A stretch of 64,000 nt of DNA from Botryllus schlosseri (Eukaryota), in NCBI GenBank assembly GCA_051294905.1, contig CM119380.1, positions 11,656,001 through 11,720,000 on the forward strand, in the 5' to 3' direction. How positions within the stretch are numbered: the stretch's first letter is position 1; each line of letters begins with the position of its first letter. Below the pieces are notes generated by a model. It worked only from the letters and a program-made list of their open reading frames with translations, made no database searches and was not told where the DNA came from. Shown piece by piece: positions 50,130 through 61,646 of this stretch. The position numbers were made by a program, and so were the translations under genes.

Positions 50130-53100
50130 CACTGTAAATTCACAGCGTTGAATGAGACACAACATTGTGCATAGGTATATACAATATTTAGCTGACACAT
50201 ATTATTGGCTGAGATCTGACATCGAGAATCCGCCATGTTGTGTGCACGTCCACACATCATCAGTGAATGTCATAAGATGTGGGTTAATGCTCATATGATG
50301 TGTCTATGAGCTCACATGCATATCAGTATAGTCATTCCGGACAAATTTCCTGTGGTGTCAAACATTCATACCGGATATCAATTGAGAGGAAGTTGGAGAG
50401 GTCGCTTGCTAATCTTCACTCTGAAACTTCACGAGGTTACTATTGACGTGATATATCATCCCAGGCAGCCTAAAGCGTGGTAATATTGATACACGTCGAA
50501 AAGCCTCGCAAAATGTGATTTGATCGGTATGTCCTAAGCTATAGATTTTTCTTCAGGCTGCAGCGTTTGATTAACAATATTATTAAAGTTATAAATAACC
50601 AAGATTATAACCGACAGTGGTACCGGGCTTCAAGCAAATAGGTTGGTGATCAGATTTTATGGTCGTGCTGTACCAATACCTGACTGACGACTCGCTGTCT
50701 TGAGGTTTGCTCTGACCTGCCTTTACATACCTACGATAGTCACGTTAATCCTTATAGCTAATCGCTTGTTACTCATTTCAGTTTATTATAAACAAATTAT
50801 CAGATCAACATACTAAGAGATTGCGATAAAATAAAAGGTTGATCATATTATTTCCCTACCGAACTTACTGAAGAAATTTGTCATACAAATATGTATGAAA
50901 CACCCCGACGTTGAACAGTTTACTCGTATCGGGTATCGCTGTCATTGCCAACAGTATAGCAATCATTCAGTTTTTAGTAGTACCCTTTGTATTTTATCAT
51001 TGATGAACTGTCTCTTCTTTACGCATGACTTACTGAGTCACGTGACTGTATGACGCAATCCTGAGACAATCCATCGTTACCACGCAGGACCAAAGTGAGT
51101 GAGATATACCGTGAATCTGTCGGTCTTCGTTACGTGAATCTAAATAGCATATAGCGAGGGAATGGAGATGTTTTTAGTTCAAAACGGAATGGAGAGGGAG
51201 CACATTGATTTACTGCAAGGTAATTCGTTTATGTAAATTTTCAACATCATCTGTAAATAATGTTATGTTCATGTTATCGAGTTTCAAATACAGCACCAGC
51301 GCCCAGCGGTATGAGTAGATATAAATTACCTATTTTCCATCTAGCAGCTTGATGCGCCTTAAGAGCAGACCATGAAAATGGGAGCTAATGCTGTTCAATA
51401 ATTTCATCTGAAGATATCATAATAGACCTAGTGATGAAACCTCATTTGCAGATGAAGTTATGTAGGCTACATCTTTCTTTGCACTTGACCTGTTTCAATT
51501 ACTTAATATGGTTTGGTAGAATGTCTAATGGAAAGTGTTGGTTGTGCCCTTCTATCGGAACTACCGATTTGCTGTCTACACATTTACTGTCACAGACAAC
51601 ATCCGAGTGTCATTATGTCATGGAGGATATGTGGCATAGTGTATTCAAAATATGAAGATCTCTGTAGCCATTGTAAAAGGAGACACAAAAATATGAATAC
51701 ACTGGACTTGTTTTGCTATGAAGCACCGTCTTCTCTTGACTATGACCTACTGCCCGAATCCTATCCGAATTCAATATATTGAAGTGCATTCATGATCAAA
51801 TGCTTTTCAGTATTACTACTCGAAAAAGCTGTCGCAAAAGTTGAGGAATCTCCGACAAAAGACAAAGGCATCTGGTACGTCTTCATGGAGAGCGCATGCT
51901 TTGTGTCCAGGCTCATCAGGTGATTAGGATGATTGTTATTCCTTTTTTTATAATTTATATGTTTCATGTTATTCAAAAGGTCACCCTAATATAACGATTG
52001 AAGATGCCAGGGTGCAGTTGGAAACAGAGTTCAACAGACCTGGCGCCAATTGGCTGAATGTCATCACTCTCATGAAGTACACTCATCACAACAGACGTAA
52101 TCAGTTGAAGGTGCTAGAATTTGGTGGCGTTGCTAAAATTTTGAAGAGCTTTCCAATGCTGCAAGATATTAGACTGGTGAGTTCTTTCGTTCCTTACAGA
52201 TGACTTCAATATGCTGTCATAATCTCGAAAATCAGTAAAATGAAATTGTTTGTGTGCCTCGGCAAATTAAGCAATTATATTGCCTATGTATCTTCCTATT
52301 GCATTAATATACACTGTTTTCCTATTACACAACATGTGTACAGTGTACACTGTACCAGGCTTGGACAACGAGTAGATTTTCAGCTCTTCCAAATTGAATT
52401 AGATTAGAATTAAAGCGCAGTTTTTTCCAAATTAGATTACAATTAGAATTACTCAATTTGCAAGAACTTGAAAAATGACAGAAATTATGAATGACAAGGG
52501 AATCCAGCCAAATTCAAGCTTAGTTCATAGGAACGAGCATGAGATTGGTTAGCGTCTGTGCACCATAGCTGAAAAGTTGGGCGTGATGTTGCATGAGACG
52601 GATATTTTTGTTAGCTCACTACCAAATACCATAGTCAATTAGGCATTTTCAGAAGAACTATGAATATGATCAGAATTGAAAGAATATGGAAACATATAAC
52701 TAATATTTTAAAATGAATAATATGGATGAATTTACTTACTCTAACTAACCTGTTTATGTGAGATACATATTCATGACTAACAGCTCTAAGTAATGCATTG
52801 TTATTCCCAATAGATCAGACATGAGTTTCAACTGCTTGTTGATAGAAGTGTTGAAGAAATGCATGAGGAGTACATGGAAATGCTTCTCACTCTTGATAAA
52901 GTTTTTGGAGAGCAGACTGATCAAGAGGTTGGTATTATGTTAGATAATAACAGTGCTACAGTCATAGACGCCGACTTTTATTTTTCCATGGGGTGGCGGC
53001 AGAAGCGTAGCCAGGGGGTGTCGAAATCCCTCTTTTTGAAACGCAAAACAACGATCTTTTGAAATGACCATTCTGACTCTAATATTCAGTTGCAATTCAA

Positions 53101-53209
53101 CAAGTCGTATTATCGGTGTTACGCGGGGCGGTGACCAATTAGCGATATTCGTCTGTGCACGCATATCGCACAATGCTACGCGACACGATTTCCCGCTGAA
53201 ATATTTTAA

Positions 53210-53699
53210 AGGGGCATTGTGCTCTAAAAATGATGTGGTCTCAAATTGTTGGTAAAAACGAACAAAAATTATTGGCCGCAGCCATTTCCTTCAGAACGCC
53301 ACCGTAATGGAGCTGCAATTTATTGAAATTTCTACAAGACCAGCTGCCGCGGCTGCTTAACCCGTTACATGGCACGATATCTTCACCGTCGCACTTGCTC
53401 GACGCGATTAGGCAGTCACGCTGAGAACGAATTTTAGATAGTTGTCAGCCGATGTTATGAATGGAATGTGTCCAAGTTTCGTTCTCTGTGTGATTGCCTT
53501 ATCGCGTCGAGCAAGTGCGACGATGAAGACATCGTGCTATGTAACGGGTTAAGCAGCCGCGGCAGCTGGTCTTGTAGAAATTTCAATAAATTGCAGCTCC
53601 ATTACGGTGGCGTTCTGAAGGAAATGGCCGCCGCCAAAAATTTTTGTTCGTTGTTATCTTCAATTTGAGACCACATCATTTTTAGGGCGCAGTGCCCCT
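53210..53699. mobile_element. Kolobok-type palindromic MITE
   Basis: TTAA|aggggca..tgcccct|TTAA; long near-perfect inverted arms. Confidence 0.8.
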
Positions 53700-55137
53700 T
53701 TAAACGCGGCTTGCGGCCCTCATTGATGCAAATAATGCATTTTAATTTGTAGAAGGTGTATTTGTTCATCAAATCGCGACACGAGATGGTGTTTCTCTGA
53801 GCGCGCGATGAAATCTACGTTTCTAGCGATGAGGTCGAATTTGTACATCTAATAAGGAAATCAGCATAGAATGTTGTCGTTCAAACTAATTGCATAAATT
53901 AAGAATCTGCGCCATCGAGAATCTCGTGTTGCATCAATTTTTGACAACGTAATTCAACCCAGTGTACTGCACAATGCGCAGTATTAATAATAAATCAAAC
54001 ACTGACAAGTGACACCGAGGGAATACGAGTGCTTAAAGCAGACAAGAATTAGAAGTCTTCAGATGATAGCAAACTAGATAGCGCGCATCTAATCAGTAAT
54101 AAGTAATCACAACTTGCGTACAGCGCCAATGCCCAAACTTGCATTTATCTGAAATGGAATGTGATGGCTGGAATGGAAACTTTTTAATTGCAGGAATGTT
54201 CCTCATCTGTCTATTGTGGTTCTTATTAGTCCTATTAGTCCTTCACCTGTCTATTATGATTCTAATTGTTCGCAGGGAAATGAAGACGATGAAATTCATA
54301 TCCGGCTCGAACTGCAGAAGGCTTTCGAATAGACAAGAAAATAAAGTCGAACCATGGTTTGAGTGCGATATGTCTTTGTCAGGTAAGATTTGCTACCAGT
54401 CTAGTATGGATCTGCTTCAGTTAAGATATACATAGAAGTTCTATAAAATAGAATCCTTATATATGATCAAAATTCTTGAGCCGTCCAAAACGAAGGTATA
54501 TTTTGCTATGCTAAACACTGCGCTCGACGTAATGGAGCTGCAAAATTTCGTATTAAGACCAACTGACGTGGCTACGCGTCATCGATTCTTAACCCGTTGC
54601 GAAAATATGCGATGGTGAAGTTAACGCACTGAAAACGCGGAAGCTCGAGCGTAAAGGGTCTTATGCAAACTTCATTTAATTTATGTTTATCATATTTAGG
54701 AATCGGGAAAGGAGGATTTTCACACTAACAGTACTGGAGTTGCCAAAAAGGAAGACATTTGGGCGTCCTAGGACGACAATTTCAAAAACCTGAAAAAGGA
54801 GGACAAATCCTCCTAAAGGAGGTCGTATGTTAGCGCTAATTTAATTGCAGCACCATTACGGTGGCTTTCTGAAGACCATGTCTGCAGCAAATCTTTTTCG
54901 ACCTGCGAGTTGATTTGAGACCACAACCTTTTTATAGCGCAGTGCCTCTCTAAGATTAAGCAGCTAACAAGTCATGATCGAACGAGGTCCGAGGTTCATT
55001 GGTACCCCTTAAAATTCGGATGATGTAGAGAAATTTATGCATCTGAACACAATTGGTGCATCAAACAATGCTTCAATTTATAATCGAATAATATAACAAC
55101 TTATAATCAATTTGCCCTTTGGAGCTAAGCTTGTTAA

Positions 55138-55658
55138 CGGTGCACTGCCCTCTAAAAACTATGTGGTCTCCAATTCAAGGGCGAAACGAGAAAATTTTTC
55201 AGCCATTTTCTTATGAACGCCACCGTAATGGAGCTGCAATTTATTGAATTTTCCACAGGGGAATCATACTCTAGCAGTCACGCAGAAATCGAACTTTATA
55301 TAGTTGTCAGCCGATGCTATGAAGGAAATATGTCGTACACGCCCTATGTCCCAAAAAAAAGAGTACACTAGGCCCCATTTTGACATAAATCTCCTGACTG
55401 AACATATTCCGTTGAACGCGGTATCTAAACCATCTTTACGTGTACGACATATTTCCTTCATAATAACATCGGCTGACGACGATATAAAGTTCGATTTCTG
55501 CGTGACTGCTGTTGATGGAGCATGATTCTGATGTAGAAAATTCAATAAATTGCAGCTTCTTTACGGTGGCGTTCTGAAGAAAATGGCTGCGGCCTAAAAA
55601 AATTTCTCGTTTCGCCCTTCAATTTGAGACGACATGATTTTTAGAGTGCAATGCCCCT
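55138..55658. mobile_element. Kolobok-type palindromic MITE, copy 2
   Basis: TTAA flanks; homologous to 53210-53699; a partial third copy lies at ~54480-54950. Confidence 0.75.
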
Positions 55659-55706
55659 TTAAACTATTCGCCGATTCAACTACACTTAAATATTTAGTAT
55701 GAGAAG

Positions 55707-56630
55707 CAGTGTCGTATCCAAGTCACAAGGCTCCGAGTCACAACTCAATCTCGCTTTTTATAGGATTGACTCGAGTCAAGTCGAGTCATTTTCAATTCAA
55801 CCAGTCAAGTCCAAGTCAACAAGTAGAGGTTCGAGTCCGATTCATGGTGTTATGACTAGAGCCCGACCGATTATCGGTTCGCCTATAATATCGAGTCGAT
55901 GTTTCGCTTTGAAAGAATTATCGGTTTCGGCCATTGGAGCTGAAAAAATATTGGCTATTTTCGTGACGTCACAACATGAGGGTAGGAAGTCGGTGAACTA
56001 TAATTCTTGACCGCTAGACTGAGAATGTTGCTATATTTCGTATAGATTACACTTTCAAAGTGCCCAGATGCATCCTTTCTAGTCTATTTCATGGTCAAGT
56101 ATGACAGTGGCTGTAAAGTTGTTCAAATAAATGCTCTGAAGTTTTGAAAATGCGCCTTTTGAGGTAGATTCTCCTTATTTCAATATCGGTTGAATACATC
56201 GGTGAAGATGTTAGATATCGGTTTTATCGGTATCGGCTCCAAATCCAATATCGGTCGGACTCTAGTTATGACTTGACTGCTCAAGTTTCCAGTTGAAGTC
56301 CTGTTAAACCCTCTTTTTGTTTGTTGATATCGAATGGTTCGCATTTATAATACACTAATTTTCCTTACTTTTAGTAGTTTCTGGTAGCATTTTAAAGTGC
56401 CAGCACCAATAGAAGAAATGCCAATAGTGTGGTTATTTTAGTATTCTTCGAAATTACGATGAAATGTCTTTCTTGGCCATCTGAGTCTCGAGTCATATGA
56501 CTTCCTTCGAGTCATGCGTAATGACTCAAGTCGAGTCAATACACAGATTGTGTCGAATCGAGTCATTTTTGTGTTTTGAGAAAATGACTCGAGTCGTGAG
56601 AAATTCATTACTCGAGTCATTACATCCCTG
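55707..56630. mobile_element. hAT-type MITE, GAGTC-rich family
   Basis: Exact TSD atgagaag; ends cagtgtcgta / tacatccctg; homologous to 1-410. Confidence 0.85.
55857..56264. mobile_element. hAT MITE (TAGAGCCCGACCGAT), nested
   Basis: 15-bp TIR with 1 mismatch; exact TSD gttatgac. Confidence 0.9.
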
Positions 56631-57444
56631 ATGAGAAGTCTCCTATAAGCATTTCTAGCTGAAGTTAGTCATGTGCTCTGGATCTGCACGTGAATATTTA
56701 GCAAAATATTTAAAAGCTAACATGTTGTTTTCATTCCAGGCACATACAGTCGATTTACCAACTTCAAGGTTGACTCCTCCATCTTTTGATTGCACGTCAT
56801 GAGAATGGAGATGAACAATCGTGGATGGCGGCCAATGGCATCACCATCAAGCACAGATCCGAAAACCAAAGAAGACCGTTTGAGATGATAATTGATCTCC
56901 TAGCATGCTACTATTCATGGGATCTTAGTTATCCTAAGGTCTTTCAAATAATGCCATTCATTCAACGTGTCCTTCTTGGTGATAAAAATTCGGGATTTCA
57001 GTCGAACAAGTTTGTCATTCTTGGAAAAAATATCAAAATGCCCAGCAATCGATTGAAAAAATGTAGGGTAATTAATCTCTCTTGCTCCAAGTACTTGTGC
57101 TGTGAGTACTGCTTTTGTTTGGTATAGAATGTACCTGTACATAGTGGATTTTGTTATTTTTTGCATTTGCAAAATGATTTGTCTTTTTTGTGGCTAGACT
57201 TTTGCTATGCTTTCAATTAGTAAACTTTTCGTTGTTAGTGGCACTGTACATTAGGGCTGTTCCAAAATAACATACTGTTGAGCCAAAATTGGTTTACTGT
57301 GGTTTTTTGGCAATCAATCATTTGATCATGAAACTAGTCAATATGTGAGAAACAATATTTATTGACGACATTACGGTACATACACCTTGCTTTCGTTCCG
57401 AATCCAGTTCTTTTATACTGTTAATACTGTTAAATAGTATATTA

Positions 57445-57858
57445 ATATTGAAATGAACCCGAATATTTTCGGTCGACACTCGCCAGCAAATCTAGTAGAG
57501 AATTGGAAAGAACATTGTATATCAACAATCGTATCACAAAGAGAAAGCATTCAATCCCCTATTCCCAGCTGGTACACGAACTCCTGTTGACAGAGTTTCG
57601 GCTGGTGTATTTTATATCTTATCAAAATACACCAGCCGAAACTCATACACCAGCCGAAACTCAGTCAACAGAAGGAGTTCGTGTACCACCTGTATGGGAA
57701 TAGTGCATTGAACGCTCACTCTCTCGAAATTTCATGCTGGTGAAGGCATATTTTTAGATACGATTGTTGATTTACAATGTTCTTTCCAATTCTCCACTAG
57801 TTGCTGACGATTACATCTGACGAGTGTCATCCGAAAATATTTGGGTTCATTTAAATAT
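57445..57858. mobile_element. Palindromic MITE / inverted repeat
   Basis: aaatgaacccgaatattttcgg..aattggaaagaacattgta mirrored by tacaatgttctttccaatt..ccgaaaatatttgggttcattt. Confidence 0.7.
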
Positions 57859-58689
57859 GAACTTATACTATTCAATTGTGTATTGAAGTTCTGTACCTAC
57901 AAGAAGCTCTGTTATTACTGTATAAAATCCTGTCTTATTGTGTCAAAAAATTGTTATGTTTTCAATTTGTATTGTCATATTTAATGGCAACTTACACTGT
58001 TTCTTTTATTGCACATTCTACAACCGATTCTTTTGAAATAAAATATTTTTTCGATAAGAGCATGTGGGTGGAGGTTTTTCAGGTACATAATTTCGAGCTC
58101 TGCAGCGATAGGTACGGACATGCCACTTCAGACCACACAATATTATGACATACATCGCTACCACACAATGTGGCATCTAAAAAAAAATTCGAATATTGTA
58201 TGTTTTTTAGGTGCATAAATGCACGCGTTTAAGCTTACAGTGTAGTGCTACGCATACGGTCATGTATGAAATGGAGAAGGTGCAGAGAACCAGTTGTACA
58301 CGACGTAGTTCTATGAAGCATGCGTGACGCACGCGATTTCAATTCGGGGTGCATCATTCTTCTCTGCAGGAAGAGATTATTCGATGCTGACATTTTGAAG
58401 TCCGGACGTATGGATGTAGAAGGTTTTGGTCAACTGGCGACGGTCACTTTGGGCCAGGATTATATCGCCGCCGATCTTTTTGGCACCGCACTTTGCCCGT
58501 TTGCATGTTGGCAAAGACATCATGTCTTCATTTATCCCAGAACGGAAAGTTTCGGCCCAGAAACACCTATGTCCAATAGCAGCATGTCCACCAGCTGCAT
58601 GCCATTAGGATTAGACTATATAGCAGGCGCGGGCAGCATACGGCCCGCGGACAGTTTTCCGTCTTAGTTGATAGTGTGACGCGCCGGAC

Positions 58690-58972
58690 GGTGTCTGGTC
58701 AATACCGAGAAAACCATTACCGAGAATGGACACCACCGAGAATGGACTTTACCGAGAATGCAATGTATGCAATGCAGGCATGTTATGCATATATACAGGT
58801 CGTGTGCTTGTGCATGACGGCTTTGCCACATTCGGTGTCGATTCTCAGATATAAATTTCTCGACAACGCCTTCTCAGTAAGCAAGTAGTGGGGAATCTCG
58901 GCAGACTAGGGCCGCGGGAGTTCTATACCAATACAGAGAAAACCAATACCGAGAATGGACATTACCGAGAAC
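58690..58972 (+). repeat. Clustered accgagaat motif repeats, probable transposon subterminal arrays
   Basis: accgagaa occurs about seven times in two clusters. Confidence 0.5.
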
Positions 58973-59014
58973 GCGTGCGAGAGTGGAGCTTACGCGTAAG
59001 TTCGTAGAAGCGAG

Positions 59015-61646
59015 TAGGGCTGGGCATAATGATTCGAGTACTCGAATCTGAATCGAGTATTAATTTTGATGATTCGAGTCGAGTAGTAAAACACGATTTT
59101 TTCGAGTACTGAAATTATACGCTCCTCGTAACTGAAACGTAATTTACTAACGAAAATTATAGTTTTGATGCTAATTTTCACTGAGGAAGCCTTGAAACCT
59201 TGATTGGCCGTGTCGCAGCATACGAGTCATAGTACAAAGCTACGAAAGTTACTGGAAATAACACATTTCCGAAGTCATGATCGATCCACAACATTGTTAA
59301 GAAGTGCAATGAAATCAATATGGTAGGAAAAATACCAAAGTATCTTTAATGTGATGGATAACATGCGTTATGTTGTTTGTGGTGGCATAAAAGGTACATA
59401 TTTGAATTTCAACATAGTATATGCTGTTGTGACGTCATAATGAGTGATACTCGATGCTCGCAGCTATCCTGCTAGGCCAGGGGTGGGCAAACTTTTCAGC
59501 TCGTGGGCCGCATTTAACATCTGAATTGATTCGCGGGCCGCACAATCGTAAAATCGTGATTATAAGCCAAAACGCAAGCTTTTATTCGATTCTATAAAGC
59601 TGTGGTTTTTAAACCATTTTGACTGCGACCCAAATCCGAGTTTCAGTGGCAACTCGCGACCCAAGCCTCACACATCAAATCGTATGGATTTTTACTGTAA
59701 CTGTGCTACATTTTACGGGCATGTGTATGATAGAGAACCTGCAGACACCATTCGCATACGCAATGTAGCTCTGTGGAACATGTTTGGCATACGCGATTTC
59801 AAATTAAAGCGATAGATATGACCACGGGTCGAATTTGTACTGACTTTCTGCTCAGACTATTCGGTACCAACCATTTCGTCGACCGTACATACCAATATCG
59901 AAGGTTGTTGTATGTGGGGTTTATGGTGCTTAACTACTATATCGAAGGTATTAGCCAACCAGCAACGGTCATTTTGGTTTTATCGCCGGCAATTTCTTGG
60001 CACCATACTTCACCTATCGATATGCTGGCTATCCTGTCGCGGTAGGGGTCGGCCTCGCAAGTCCTCTCTCTCATAGTTGCACACCCCTACACTAAAGCAT
60101 CCTATCGCTCCCCGCCAGTGTTTTTCAGAGAAACCATGGTGCATGGGACAAACTTATGGTGGATTGAAACCTACACAAAGGTCGGCACATTTTTATGATC
60201 AAGCCAAGTTGTTGCGATAACTTTTCTACGCGTCTCGCTGATTGGCCTACAGTAGTTAAAAGAAATTCAACAAATATTACATATTAAAAGATCGCTCAGA
60301 TGCCATCGCGACCCATAATTTCAGGACCCCCGATATAAATTAACCGAATAGGTGCAGATGATACATATGCATTGATATGAATGTATATTAAAACAATTTA
60401 AATGTTGATTTGATGATAACACACACGCGTCAGAAACGTTACCGGGATTTTAAAAACTGTCCATTCTGAACCAATTCGTCAAAACTAGCGATTAAAGAAG
60501 GTTGTGCTGATTCTTAAGATATGGTGGAAATTTGAATATGTGAGCAACGATCGGCTTATAGATATTTGGTTCTGCGGCTGGTCAAACTTCAGAACACACA
60601 ATTCTGACACCTACATGTTACCTTTAAATGAGTTTCCGAATGCAGCTTACTCACTGTATTCAACTTGCCCTTTTCACGTTCTTTTGTGAGGACGACATCA
60701 ACACAATTTAGTATTGTCTCAAACATAATTCCGTTGATTTATTTTGCACCTCATAATTTGATAAATTGGGCCTATAATTCGGATGTTTGGATTCAAATGG
60801 TGTTTTGAAATGCAGCAACGAATCCACTACAATAATGTTATATTATGGCAAGTATAAGGCTATTACAAGTTGCGTTACCATCGACGCCGGAACGGAACTA
60901 GGTCCACTTATAAGTTGATTCTTTATTGATTGCAGCAGCATTCATCGTAATCTTTCCGTTTTTTATATTGTTTGGACTACTCATAATGGATGAGTTGAGA
61001 CCGATGTTATGAATGATTTGCAACTAAATGCGCATATGTGGAGGACGAATCTACCAAACACACGCACGAATCGTGTTTTTTTCAAGTACAGCACTGAAAG
61101 TTCTGCTCTAAAATCACAATTTTGATCTGAACTCAATCATTTCCGTTTTGGTTATTTAGCAACCGAAGCATTCCAAAATGCGTCGGCCCCTAGGTTGGGC
61201 TATTCTACTAACAATAAAATAGGAAAATGCAACATTAAGATTATAACTTAATCAATTTAATGATAAAATGTATTTAAAAAAGTTCAATCAAGTTGGTCTA
61301 GTAATTTGATTTTTAGTGCACATTTTTATCAATATTGGTATCACGTTTCTCGATGCCTTCGCGGGCCGCACAAAATGTTGTGGCGGGCCGCATGCGGCCC
61401 GCGGGCCGTAGTTTGCCCACCCCTGTGCTAGGCGCTCAGCAATCACGGATAGCATGGAGGAGAAAAAAAAACGGGGGCGCAGACTAGATGACCTCATGGG
61501 GCCGTATCGCAACTCCGTCGCCAAAAGCATCTCGATGGTGCAGGCGAGAAAGAATATCATATCTCTCTCTCTCTCTCGACTCGACTCGAAGCATAATACG
61601 TGATTCAGAATCGAATCACTCAGGTACTCGATTTTGCCCAGCCCTA
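59015..61646. mobile_element. hAT MITE, TAGGGCTGGGC family, with nested inserts
   Basis: TIR tagggctgggca; exact TSD gaagcgag. Confidence 0.9.
59478..61425. mobile_element. hAT element, CAGGGGTGGGCAAAC family (1948 bp)
   Basis: Perfect TIR caggggtgggcaaact; exact TSD tgctaggc. Confidence 0.9.

Larger units (their letters stand above)
51162..57070 (+). pseudogene. Decayed multi-exon SAM + C2H2 zinc finger (SAMD3-like) gene of EnSpm-associated type
   Basis: Exons 51162-51219 (MEMFLVQNGMEREHIDLLQ), ~51520-51720 (two frameshifted C2H2 fingers), 51811-51919, 51980-52176 and 52814-52927 (these three splice in frame: KKLSQKLRNLR..ITLMKYTHHNRR..ILKSFPMLQDIRL|IRHEF), probable 54276-54382, and ~56740-57070 (LLACYYSWDLSYP..FIQRVLLG; premature stop). 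Confidence 0.7.
50130..58242 (+). mobile_element. Possible EnSpm/CACTA element enclosing the SAM/zinc-finger pseudogene
   Basis: ta|CACTGTAA ... TTACAGTG|ta (only an 8-bp match); many actgt motifs at 57.3-58.0 kb. Boundaries tentative. Confidence 0.3.

Noticed and set aside
54139-54435. Hydrophobic ORF as a membrane protein
   Set aside because: TTG start; the hydrophobic part is pyrimidine-rich intron before the acceptor at 54275.
58320-58667. 115-aa ORF after a cag acceptor
   Set aside because: No recognisable domain or in-phase partner exon; cannot be supported.
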